A stretch of DNA of 64,000 nucleotides. Origin: a virus. Taxonomy: Duplodnaviria > Caudoviricetes. The position numbers and the translations under genes were made by a program. This document shows positions 21,087 through 30,347 of the stretch, in pieces (the first letter of the stretch is position 1; every line of letters starts with the position of its first letter). The stretch is taken from IMG/VR virus record IMGVR_UViG_3300048926_000317, positions 1-64,000 of that record; one strand, written 5' to 3'. The notes under the pieces are model-generated. The model did not search any database, was not told the DNA's origin, and saw nothing but the letters and a program-made list of their open reading frames with translations.

Positions 21087-21548
21087 ATGAAGAATAAAAA
21101 ACTAATTGTCGGTTTAGATCCTGATGTGACTCTTAATGGATGTGGGATTTACAATAAAGAAACAAAAGAGCTTCAATATATGGCAATCAGTTTTTTTGAC
21201 TTATACCGTTGGCTTATACAAAACAAAGAAGATATTCATTTGGTTAAGATTGAGGCTGGGTGGATTGTGAAAAAATCAAATTACCGAAATACTAAAATAC
21301 AAAATATTTCAGATGCCATTTCGCGTAAGGTCGGCGAGAATCATGCAGTTGGAAAGAAGTTAGTTGAAATGTGTTATGATATTGGTGTAGACTTTAAAAT
21401 TTATAAACCTCTTTTAAAAAAATGGAAGGGATCAGGAGGTAAAATAACACATCAAGAATTAGTTAATTTATTAAAGCCTATAGGGGTTGAATTAAATAAG
21501 AAAACGAATCAAGATACAAGAGATGCAATATTAATCTGCTTATTTTAA
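21087..21548 (+). CDS. RuvC-like Holliday junction resolvase
   Basis: N-terminal IVGLDPD, VKIEAGW and C-terminal DTRDAILI catalytic-like acidic residues. Confidence 0.65.
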   Translation: MKNKKLIVGLDPDVTLNGCGIYNKETKELQYMAISFFDLYRWLIQNKEDIHLVKIEAGWIVKKSNYRNTKIQNISDAISRKVGENHAVGKKLVEMCYDIGVDFKIYKPLLKKWKGSGGKITHQELVNLLKPIGVELNKKTNQDTRDAILICLF

Positions 21549-21553
21549 TAATT

Positions 21554-21919
21554 ATGAAAAGAACTATTTTATTTAGAGGGAAACGAGTCGACAATAATGA
21601 ATGGGCTATTGGTTATTATTGGGTTGATAATACTAATAGCAAACACAAAATTACCACTAATTTAAGTGATGATAATTTTACATGTCATGAAATTAATCCT
21701 GAAACATTAGGTCAATTAGTAGGTATAACAAAATCAGAAATTAAAATATGGGAGGGAGATATTGTAATGAATGGACAATCTGTAAGATTTATAGAATATA
21801 GATGGTCAAATTTTGTAGCTACAACAGCCGATGAAGACCAAACAATATTATTATCTTTTATTAAAGACATAAAACCTATCGGCAATATTTATGATAACCC
21901 AGAACTTTTAAAACAATAA
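21554..21919 (+). CDS. YopX family protein
   Basis: ILFRGKRVD...W, IWEGDIV and IGNIYDNPELL. Confidence 0.85.
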   Translation: MKRTILFRGKRVDNNEWAIGYYWVDNTNSKHKITTNLSDDNFTCHEINPETLGQLVGITKSEIKIWEGDIVMNGQSVRFIEYRWSNFVATTADEDQTILLSFIKDIKPIGNIYDNPELLKQ

Positions 21920-21921
21920 AA

Positions 21922-22992
21922 ATGTATATCAAAATAGAACAAAACACGATCCAAGAAAAGGATCACAAAATAGAAATGTATTCAATACTATCAAGTGAAT
22001 GTGTAGTGAATATGAGTTATAAAATATCCGGAAATAAAGTAGAAGTAACTTTAAATAAAAAATAATGAGCGCTATAGATTTCTTAGAAAATAAAATTCAG
22101 TTAAAAGTTACAATTCCAACTCCTAAACAAAAACCAATCACTGAAAACATCACTTTGAATTATCAGTTAATAACTTTTATCACTCAGGACATATTGCCAA
22201 CAATTGAAGTTTTACATGAGAAAGGAGTATTCACAAAGAATAAAATATATAACCACCTACAGAAGCTTTCGGATGGAGACTCAGACTATATGTTTGGAGT
22301 CTACCAAAAGAATAATAGGAAGGAACAGTATATGAAGGATTATGAATCGGTAATTGGGTATTTTAAATCCTTATCTTCAAAACTATTATCAGATTATCAA
22401 AAGACAAATGATTGGGCTTTGGAAGAACTTTTATTTATTATTACCGGTTATGAATTTATTTTGATTAGCGCTCCTTTCGTGGCTATAGAATTTGGGAATA
22501 AACCTAATTATAAAATTATTGACAAGATCAGGGAAGAACTTGAAACTATAAAAGTAATTTTTGATAAGAGATTTTCAGCTTTAAGTAATGTAAAATTTAC
22601 TCATGGACAGTACCAGAAGTTATTTGAAAAAATAAAATATTGCAGTCACAAGCAATTTTTAGGATTAATTGATGGTACTTTAAAATAAATAATATATATT
22701 TGCTATATATAAAAATAATTTAGACATGGAAGAACAATTAGAGGTGTGCATGCCACCAGACCCTCACCCAATGAATGCAACAGCAAATGAATCTACAAAT
22801 CAAACTTGTCAAACAGAAATGAGAAGTATTAATATTCAGCCTTTGAATAGAGGATACGTAGTAAATGTAGGATGCCAATCAGTAGCAGTATCTAGTAAGC
22901 GTGAGCTTAAAAGATTATTAAATGATTATATTGATGATCCCTATCAAGTTGAACAAGATTACTATGCTGGAAAAATTTTACCAAAAGAATAA
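21922..22992 (+). CDS. Three hypothetical proteins (small ORF at 21922, 22065-22688, 22726-22992)
   Basis: Packed ORFs. A TATATTTG element at about 22695-22702 precedes the last. Confidence 0.6.
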
Positions 22993-23015
22993 TATAATTT
23001 TAAATTCAAAACAAC

Positions 23016-23183
23016 ATGAAAGAATTAGTTGCTAAAATCAACGCAGAAATCGAAGCATTTCAAACTAACGCAAATAACCAAGTAGAAAAAGGAAATAGTT
23101 CCGCCGGAAGAAGAGCTAGACAAGCTTCTCTTGAACTTACGAAACTTTTAAAAGAGTTCAGAAAAGAATCAATAAAATTTTAG
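23016..23183 (+). CDS. Histone H1-like protein (Bacteroidota Hc1-like family); not in ORF track
   Basis: 55 aa MKELVAKINAEIEAFQTNANNQVEKGNSSAGRRARQASLELTKLLKEFRKESIKF, matching the EKGNxxAGxRARxASLEL family pattern. Confidence 0.8.
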   Translation: MKELVAKINAEIEAFQTNANNQVEKGNSSAGRRARQASLELTKLLKEFRKESIKF

Positions 23184-23333
23184 TTATGGAGTTAAGAGAC
23201 AAAATTGAGAAGGTTATTGATGCTATAATTACAGATAAAATAACAGTAGAACAAGCTATGATTCTTGAAAAATATTTTCATCTTTTGATTCAATTAGAGT
23301 CATTTAGAAAATAATGCTTATCCAAACCGGGCA

Positions 23334-23365
23334 AATCCCTTTATTAAGTTTAAAGGGATTTTTTT
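23334..23365 (+). terminator. Intrinsic terminator
   Basis: AATCCCTTTA-7 nt-TAAAGGGATT plus a T-run, after the Hc1-like gene and a 42-aa ORF (23186-23314). Confidence 0.8.
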
Positions 23366-23383
23366 AACCTTAAAAATAATACT

Positions 23384-23890
23384 ATGAAGCTACTATTCCA
23401 TGACCAGTCATTTGATAAAGAAATGCTTGAAAAAATATTTGACGCTTATAATTCTCAACACAAAAATATTCATATTTATTTAAGCTCAGATGGAGGCAGT
23501 GCATGGATTTTAGATTTAATGGTAGAAATAATAAATATAGATCCTGATCGATTTACATTAACAGGCTATAATGAATTAAGTTCTTCAGCTTTTGAATTTT
23601 ATATTAAAGCTAAATGTTCAAAAGAATTACTTCCTGGGACCATTGGAATGTATCATCAATCTACACGAGAAATTCATATTAATGACAAAGGAAAGCCTGC
23701 ATATAATAGTGACGCGGCTTTTTTGAAACGGAAAAAAAATATATTCTGGCCAACACTTATGGAATTTATAGATAAATGTGAATTAACTAAAAAGGAAAAG
23801 AATAAAATAAAGAAAGGAGATGATGTTTATTTTCAATATAATCGGTTTAAAGAAATAGAAAATGCTTACACTAAAAATACAAGATTATGA
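23384..23890 (+). CDS. ClpP-like serine protease domain protein
   Basis: IYLSSDGG, ELSSSAF (Ser), GMYHQ (His) and GDDVYF (Asp), spaced as in ClpP. Confidence 0.65.
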   Translation: MKLLFHDQSFDKEMLEKIFDAYNSQHKNIHIYLSSDGGSAWILDLMVEIINIDPDRFTLTGYNELSSSAFEFYIKAKCSKELLPGTIGMYHQSTREIHINDKGKPAYNSDAAFLKRKKNIFWPTLMEFIDKCELTKKEKNKIKKGDDVYFQYNRFKEIENAYTKNTRL

Positions 23891-24752
23891 GTACAAGATT
23901 AGAAAATTATATTATTTACGGAATCAAATTAGGTGAAGAATTCACCGAAGAATACTGGGAGAAAGATTTCTATCCAGAAATGGAATATGATAAATCTAAA
24001 GAATTTAAACCATTATTTTTGACTGATGGGATGAATGGAAATTATACTTATTTTGGGTTTATTAAAGATCTGAATGAAGATAATGAAACAGTTTTAGAAA
24101 CAATTAAATTAAACCCATTTGAAATACAAAATAAATTCAATGAGCTATATCCCGAAATGACTATGCCAGAAATAAAACTTTATCATGTCCCACATTGGGT
24201 ATAATTTAAAAACAAATAAATGCTATGTCACTAAGAGATAAATATACAAAAGAAGAGTGGGTTGAACTTGAGAAAGAAGTTTTTAAAAAGACTGATGAAA
24301 AAGCTTATGATGGAATTAATCCGAGTATAGATTTGCCTGAAGAAGCTGTTTTTCCCACATCTTTAAAAGATTGGGATGCTGTAAAACCAAAATTAAATGT
24401 GTTTGGAAAAGGAATGGCTAAAGATACTGCCGATGACAAAATAGACCCTAAAGAATATATATTTGCTGAGAATTATAGTTTGATTGAAGAAAAAATAAAG
24501 CAGGTAGTAAAACAATCTTCAATAATTAACCAAATGACTTATAAAATATTAGAAAAGAAGGCTAACGGAATAATTCCTGAAGTAGCTATTATGAGCATGG
24601 GAGATTATGATGAATTTCATAAAGCCATTCCATATACTCATTCAAATGAAAATAATTCAAATATAAAAACATCTGGGGTTCGTATAGCCGGGGTAACACT
24701 ATTAATTTATCCTACACCGAATATTGAAGATGGTGAAATTGAAATTTATTAA
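23887..24752 (+). CDS. Two acidic hypothetical proteins (23887-24204, 24225-24752)
   Basis: ORF track; phage-like spacing. Confidence 0.65.
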
Positions 24753-24782
24753 AAAATATATTGTAATATAAAGTATATTTTA

Positions 24783-24790
24783 TATATTTG
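24783..24790 (+). promoter_or_regulatory. -7 element for the tRNA transcript
   Basis: TATATTTG, with TTG about 20 nt upstream. Confidence 0.6.
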
Positions 24791-24835
24791 TATTATATAA
24801 TTCTAGATCTCTAATTAGAAATTATTATTCATAAG

Positions 24836-24862
24836 TATGCGTCAATTATGGCGCATATTTTT
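24836..24862 (+). other. Hairpin immediately 5' of the tRNA
   Basis: TATGCGTCA-ATTA-TGGCGCATA followed by TTTTT. Confidence 0.7.
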
Positions 24863-24865
24863 AAA

Positions 24866-24938
24866 GGCCGAATAACTCAGTTGGTAGAGTGTCGCTCTCA
24901 TAAAGCGAATGTCAAAGGTTCGATTCCTTTTTCGGCAA
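24866..24938 (+). tRNA. tRNA with CAT anticodon (Met, or Ile2 if lysidinylated); CCA not encoded
   Basis: Cloverleaf: acceptor GGCCGAA/TTCGGCA, D stem ACTC/GAGT, anticodon stem TCGCT/AGCGA with loop CTCATAA, T arm AAAGG-TTCGATT-CCTTT. Confidence 0.93.
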
Positions 24939-25013
24939 CTAATTTTAAGTTTTTCATTTTTTTGTGAATAGTTTAATGTTTCATAATTATTATTTTAGTG
25001 TTATGGTTATTAC

Positions 25014-25044
25014 ATACCGGTCAATTATGATCGGTATTTTTTTT
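25014..25044 (+). terminator. Terminator of the tRNA transcript
   Basis: ATACCGGTCA-ATTA-TGATCGGTAT followed by a T-run. Confidence 0.8.
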
Positions 25045-25093
25045 ATCTTATACTAAATATATTTACGTAAATTTATTATATAAATAATTAGAT

Positions 25094-25447
25094 ATGAATA
25101 CTAACAACCTAATAGACTATTTCAACGAAGTGTCTAATGAAATTTTCGAAGTTCTCAGCGAGATCAAGTATTCCATAAGACTTTTAGAAATAAACCAGGA
25201 AAACAGGTTTATAGGGTTTTCTATCGATACAGAATATTTTGCGGCTCAAATAACTGTACTAACTCCGGATAATCATCGATACATATTAAATAGATCTTGT
25301 TCTATGCAGTTATATTCTTTTGATGACTCAAACCTTGATTTAGTTTTATACGAGTCTACATTTCGATCTATTGAAGAGTGTATAATATTCCTTGTCGATA
25401 AGGATGTGGCGAATCTAATTAATATGCCAAAATATCACTTAAACTAA
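25094..25447 (+). CDS. Hypothetical protein (last gene of the plus block)
   Basis: 117 aa ORF converging on the minus block. Confidence 0.65.
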   Translation: MNTNNLIDYFNEVSNEIFEVLSEIKYSIRLLEINQENRFIGFSIDTEYFAAQITVLTPDNHRYILNRSCSMQLYSFDDSNLDLVLYESTFRSIEECIIFLVDKDVANLINMPKYHLN

Positions 25448-25474
25448 TATCACCATTCATATGAATGGTGATAT

Positions 25475-27042
25475 TTATTGTTGTGTTTTTGTTAATCGGC
25501 TTGTAGCTATTGTAAACGTGGTATTCCCATCATATACTGTTGTAAAGTTTCTCAAAGGTCTTTGTGATACTACTATTACTTCTCTTCCTTTATCAGTAAT
25601 AACCTTTTCACCTTTTTTAAATTCTTGTCCTAATATTCCTGCTTCGGGAATAAAACTGTTTTTAGATTTCTTTTGTCTCATAACAAATTATGTTTTCAGG
25701 ATTAATAATTGATGATTTTTTAGCTACAATATTTGCTCCATCATTTAGAATCCATAAATTATTGAAATCTTTTTCAATCCATCCAAAATGCCCATCATCT
25801 TTTTTTCTAAACTCACTATAAGTTAATATTATATTTTCACTAGCTTTTTCTAAAGATTTTTTTGCTACGTAATTAGCAAAGTCAATCATATCTTCTGCCG
25901 AGAACTGCAGTAATTCAAAATCCCATTTGTCATTTAGTCTGTGATTGGGAAAATATTCTTTTAATATTTCTTGTGATTTAGTCATAATATATTTTGTTTA
26001 ATTGGTAATTCTTGTCCGGTTGAAATAAAGAAGAGATTCTGCAGATTGTGAAGAGTATCATCTAATCCAAGTTCTAATTGATTATCGTCAATGTAATAAG
26101 TAATCTCGGATAATTCCGAATGCTCCTTGCTTTCAGAAATTATTATTTCAAAGTCACTAGACCCTTCAATTACATTTTCCATTAAAAAATGATATTCAGT
26201 CCAATACTCTTTTTCAACAACTGATTTATTAAAGCCATATTCAAAACTCCAATCAATGTATTTTTCAATGGTTTCTTTGGTTATTGGAATTGGTTCAATG
26301 TCATCACATTCGCTTTCAGAAACTTTATAAATATCAAATGGAGTCATTTCATAAAATTCATACTCTGCCCCTTCATCTGAAACTCCTTTGAATAAATTTA
26401 CGAAATTTCCAGATCTTAATTCTTTTGAAAAATCTTTCATATAATTACTATTGATATTGTTTTAAAAATTGTTTTCCAGCTTCATCAATAATATGTTCAA
26501 TTAAATAAACACGACCTCTATTAGTTGCATCATTGAAATTTTGAAACCCGGCACTTATACTTTGCTCATTTAATATTTCTAATAATGTTTTCATGTCTTT
26601 GCTATCACTTTTGTTTTCGCCGCTTCAAGTGAAGCCAACTTTATTTCAGGGGTTTTGTAGATAGTCTCGTCTGTCTTTGTCCAATTGGATTTTATTTGTT
26701 CTAGTGTGTTCATGGTTTTTTAGATTTGTAAGTATATTTCTTATTGCACTCTTTATTGACACATTGAACAGCTTTACTTCCTGATCGAACCTGCTTTAAA
26801 TCAGAACCGCAATTACATTTATCAATTTTTAATTTTTCAGCAAGCTGAAGATTAATAGATTCGTTTTTATTTACTCTTCTCTTCTTCTCAGTTTCTCTTA
26901 AAACAGGCATAAGAATTTCAGCGAGTTTTTTATATTCTTTTGCAATCCAAGGTTCTTCATGATGAAGACCGTCACCCATCATATCACCAAGTTTAATAAA
27001 CTGATTCCACTCAAACTCATTTTCTCGTTTTTCAGCATTCAT
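25475..27042 (-). CDS. Cluster of hypothetical proteins (25475-25681, 25662-25985, 25982-26440, small ORFs, 26710-27042)
   Basis: Overlapping ORFs. Two are paralogues of right-arm genes (SLEKASEN; ELRSGN...LQNLFF..TGQEL). Confidence 0.7.
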
Positions 27043-27220
27043 CGTCTTTTATTTTTAGGTTTAATAAATTTAGGTTTAAGGTTTTTCTATCTGTTGGAGA
27101 GTAAGCCGTATTTTTCATTCGGTCAATAATAATATAATAAACCATAAAAAAAATATTACGAATAATAATGATATTACAATAATAACTAATTTTTCTTTTG
27201 TATCTTCTTCCATGAGTATT

Positions 27221-27652
27221 TTATTTTGATGAATTAATAGTTTCAAAGTAGAACTTTCCGCTGAATGGTTTATCAAGAGTAATATCAAATGCAGACGCTA
27301 CATTATTCATATATTCAATCCGCTTTTTAGTTCTTTCTACTAAGGTTTTCTTTGGTAGTTTTGCTAATCTCAGATGAAAATTGGACATATACCTTCTGAA
27401 TCCTTCAATATCTAAGCTTCGCTTATAGTGATTAACAATCTTTAAAGCGGGGAAAAGATTTTCAATATTGTCAACCTCTTTTAATTTAACATTTACTTCT
27501 TCAACACTTCCACAGCTATAATAAGCGTTTTGAGTATGTTGGTATTTACTCATAGCATGGTCAACTTGCCAACCATCATTTAACGGCTTCCCTGTGTAAG
27601 CACAAAGACCATTAAATTTCTCAAAAACTTCGATTCTTTTCTTTTTCGTCAT
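27221..27652 (-). CDS. HNH endonuclease-like protein lacking most Zn-binding cysteines
   Basis: RIEVFEKFNGLCAYTG, WQVDHAMSK, NLFPALKIVNHYKRS. Confidence 0.75.
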   Translation of the reverse strand: MTKKKRIEVFEKFNGLCAYTGKPLNDGWQVDHAMSKYQHTQNAYYSCGSVEEVNVKLKEVDNIENLFPALKIVNHYKRSLDIEGFRRYMSNFHLRLAKLPKKTLVERTKKRIEYMNNVASAFDITLDKPFSGKFYFETINSSK

Positions 27653-27664
27653 ATCCTTTATTGT

Positions 27665-27967
27665 TTAAGATGCCATTTTTAATTCCTGGGTAAGTTCTGC
27701 AACTGCAGTTTCAATCTCCCTAAACCTTTCAATTTTAAACGATGATTCTTTAAACCGGCCTATCGTTTTAAAATACCTGATAGGATTTTTAATCTCTTCC
27801 AAAAGCACGCTCACCACCAAACCATCATTTTCATCAATACTTCTAATTGTGTATTCCTCGCCTTTTTTTACCCACTGCTCAAAGTCCATTTTAAACTCTT
27901 CCATGTTGAGACCTTCTTTTATCGATGAGTCTACACATATAACTTTAGTTCCGATATTTATTCCCAT
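27665..27967 (-). CDS. Hypothetical protein (GTKVICVD family)
   Basis: ORF track; its start overlaps the GIY-YIG stop. Confidence 0.7.
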   Translation of the reverse strand: MGINIGTKVICVDSSIKEGLNMEEFKMDFEQWVKKGEEYTIRSIDENDGLVVSVLLEEIKNPIRYFKTIGRFKESSFKIERFREIETAVAELTQELKMAS

Positions 27968-28737
27968 AAGTAACCTCCTGCTGTTTTTGATATGCCGCTT
28001 AATACATTTGCAATTCCTTTTATTTTTGTGATCTTCATTGCTTCTGTTATAGACGGAAAATTGTTAATAATATTTCCTTGTTTGTCTTTTTGAATAACTT
28101 TTCTTTTCTTTAAACTTTGTCTACCTATAAGTGTCTTAGAAATTTTCGCCCTAGTTTCTTCTGAAAAAGTTTTTATTCTCTTTTTAAATACAATTTGTTG
28201 CAAATAATCTGAAGTGTAATATCTAAAAGGATATAAACCCTTACCTTTATTAATGCAAATTCTTGTAATTCTGGCTGAGCTTATATTATGAAAATTAGAA
28301 GCTTCTTGAATAGAATCCCAAATTTTAATAAATTTACCATCCCGACCATATTCTATTACTTTAGTAAATTTATGAGAAACATCAATTTCTTTAACACCTC
28401 TCCTGCCATTTGCTGTAGGGGATAAATTATATCCATTTTTAATAAAGTAATCACAATTTCCTTTCAAGTAAAAATCAGCTTTTAGTATACTATTTAAGTA
28501 ATATTGCTCTCTATCAAATAAATTATTTTCATTGTGCACATGTTCTAAAATTGTAAATTCAAAATTATCAATACCATATTTAATTACCGCTTTTCTAAAT
28601 AATTTACAACCACTTTTTATATTTAGATTTAAGTGATCTCTTTTTCTTTTTGATAGGTTATTACTGCTACCTATATAAATCTTATTATTAAGTTTATTAC
28701 GAAACATATAAATCCCACAATTACTTCCTATTCGCAT
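27958..28737 (-). CDS. Free-standing GIY-YIG homing endonuclease with NUMOD1/NUMOD3 repeats
   Basis: GIYMFRNKLNNKIYIGSS, R..H, two NUMOD1-like segments and SEETRAKISKTLIG. Confidence 0.9.
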   Translation of the reverse strand: MRIGSNCGIYMFRNKLNNKIYIGSSNNLSKRKRDHLNLNIKSGCKLFRKAVIKYGIDNFEFTILEHVHNENNLFDREQYYLNSILKADFYLKGNCDYFIKNGYNLSPTANGRRGVKEIDVSHKFTKVIEYGRDGKFIKIWDSIQEASNFHNISSARITRICINKGKGLYPFRYYTSDYLQQIVFKKRIKTFSEETRAKISKTLIGRQSLKKRKVIQKDKQGNIINNFPSITEAMKITKIKGIANVLSGISKTAGGYLWE

Positions 28738-28766
28738 GGCTAATTTATTTTTGAATAATTATCTTA

Positions 28767-28774
28767 CAAAGATA
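28767..28774 (-). promoter_or_regulatory. -7 element TATCTTTG for the GIY-YIG gene
   Basis: About 30 nt upstream of the ATG. Confidence 0.6.
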
Positions 28775-28841
28775 AATTAAAATATGTAAAGTATATATAA
28801 AAGTTCTAATTAATATTGTAAACCTTTTTTACTCCGTATTT

Positions 28842-28870
28842 GATATAAGGTGGCCTTATATCTTCTTTTT
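28842..28870 (+). terminator. Plus-strand terminator inside a minus-strand block
   Basis: Perfect GATATAAGG-TGG-CCTTATATC followed by TTCTTTTTT on the plus strand. Confidence 0.6.
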
Positions 28871-28985
28871 TATTTTCGTTTACTCATGGTTTATTTGGTA
28901 TTAGACATAACGGGTTTTAAATAGCATCTGTTACTTCCTTGGTTTAATCACAAAATAAGTATAAACAAATAACTATGAATAGTAA

Positions 28986-29300
28986 GACTAAATCTATTCT
29001 TTACCCTATTAAACACTTCCGTCGCTTATCTTTTACTCGAAAAGACTACTAACCGTTCACCACTGCTTTTAATTCAAAATGAAGATGCTATCACTAGTCG
29101 TCAACCCGTAAGACGTTGCTAGATTATAAGTGGCGTTTTAATTGACTAAATCTATTTATTTATACTTTCTTGCTTAACCTCCAATTTTCAATCCTTACGT
29201 CAGGATAATCGCTATATAGCTAAAGATGTTTGGATTTGGGTAACACCTATTGACAATATACAAATAAAAAAGTCTTCTAATATGATTTGCAGTTTAGTAT
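28986..29300 (-). ncRNA. Candidate structured non-coding RNA
   Basis: ORF-free and richer in GC than its surroundings. Several stems (29029-45, 29094-122, 29060-64/29129-33, 29191-206). The core is bracketed by a 13-nt direct repeat GACTAAATCTATT. Confidence 0.4.
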
Positions 29301-29306
29301 ATAGCC

Positions 29307-29414
29307 AAAAAAAGACCTACTAAGTCATGCGTTTGCCAGGCAATGTGTAGGTCTTTGGTATTTATGTTTGGTATAAATAGTCTAGTTTATGACTTAATTA
29401 ACATTAACCTGGCA
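29307..29414 (-). ncRNA. About 110-nt leader/small RNA with a large-loop terminator complementary to its own 5' end
   Basis: Perfect 10-bp stem (29356-47/29320-11) plus U7. Loop CCTGGCA and ATGACTTA are complementary to 5' TGCCAGG and TAAGTCAT. Confidence 0.6.
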
Positions 29415-29417
29415 TAG

Positions 29418-29447
29418 CAAAGTTAAGATAATATTTTGAATACGCAA
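29418..29447 (-). promoter_or_regulatory. Sigma-A promoter (TTGCG ... TAACTTTG)
   Basis: -33 and -7 elements with the expected spacing. Same ATTGCGTA context as the early promoter at 40805. Confidence 0.7.
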
Positions 29448-29534
29448 TACTTTTTTGAAAATATTTGTTGTTAAAATTTGTAACCTAAAATATTTGATTA
29501 CAAAATATAGCCAATTATTATAATCAAAAATAAA

Positions 29535-29555
29535 AGCCCGGTAGTTAATCGGGCT
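29535..29555 (-). terminator. Intrinsic terminator
   Basis: AGCCCG-9 nt-CGGGCT followed by TTTATTTTT on the minus strand; insulates the ncRNA unit. Confidence 0.75.
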
Positions 29556-29608
29556 AAATCAAATGAAAATTTCTAACATTAAATCAAAAGCTATTATGTA
29601 TGGAACTT

Positions 29609-29914
29609 TTATTTTTTTTCAACTTGCTTGTAGCTTAAATTGCTAAAGGTCTTTCCAGATTCTGTCATGATGTAATAATTGTTTTTGAAGTAAAGAGGAA
29701 TATATTCTCCTTTATGTTCTAAAAATCCATGACAACTTTTAGTGAATTCATTGGATGTTTCATCTAAATCTGCTACGTGTTTTACTCCAAAGCAATCAAA
29801 GAATACATCTGAAAATTCATCATAATTTACATGTCTGTCAATAACAGAGTATAAATCTCCTATAAGCTGATTAATTTGTTTATTACTTTCTGTAACTGTT
29901 CTAAGTGTGTACAT
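29609..29914 (-). CDS. Hypothetical protein
   Basis: ORF track; C-terminal YYIMTESGKTFSNL phage-type motif. Confidence 0.7.
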   Translation of the reverse strand: MYTLRTVTESNKQINQLIGDLYSVIDRHVNYDEFSDVFFDCFGVKHVADLDETSNEFTKSCHGFLEHKGEYIPLYFKNNYYIMTESGKTFSNLSYKQVEKK

Positions 29915-29948
29915 ATGTGTGTATTTATTTGTAATTCAAAGTTAAGAA

Positions 29949-30347
29949 TTAATATTTTACAACGGCAACTTTTAAACCTTTTTCTTTGGCTTTTTTTATT
30001 ATATCCTCAGTGCCTCGGCTAAATCCGTCAAAAAAAGCAATAAGAAAATCTGCATATTCAACCATTTCAGCATTCCTAACAGGACCGGCTGATCTTTTAT
30101 GAGTTGCCCAATCTGCAGGGAAAGGTTTAACTGGGTATCCTTTCTCAGATGCGTATAATTCACCTAGTCCATCAGTGCCATATACTTTTATTCCATCTAA
30201 AGAATCAAAGGTATGTTTCCCTGTGCTACATCTTCCTGAGACTATTTCAATATCATCTAATAAGTTTACCAAAAGATAATCACATTTCTCTTTTAAAAGT
30301 TTATAATCATCAAAGTCTCGGCCGCCGGCTATTATTACTTTTTTCAT
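29949..30347 (-). CDS. SLOG/YspA-like (DUF2493) protein
   Basis: KVIIAGGRDFDDY, FPADW, AGPVRNAEMV, AFFDGFSRGT. Confidence 0.85.
   Translation of the reverse strand: MKKVIIAGGRDFDDYKLLKEKCDYLLVNLLDDIEIVSGRCSTGKHTFDSLDGIKVYGTDGLGELYASEKGYPVKPFPADWATHKRSAGPVRNAEMVEYADFLIAFFDGFSRGTEDIIKKAKEKGLKVAVVKY

Noticed and set aside
24939-25010. Theta (HDV-like) ribozyme after the tRNA
   Set aside because: The trailer is almost pure A/T and cannot form the nested double pseudoknot.
26594-26713. Possible frameshifted small gene (MNTLEQINP / NWTKTDETIYKTPEIK...)
   Set aside because: Too short, with no slippery site; more likely decay or chance.
27958-28737. GIY-YIG as an intron-encoded ORF in an interrupted gene
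   Set aside because: It has its own promoter, overlaps an intact downstream gene, and no split exons are visible.
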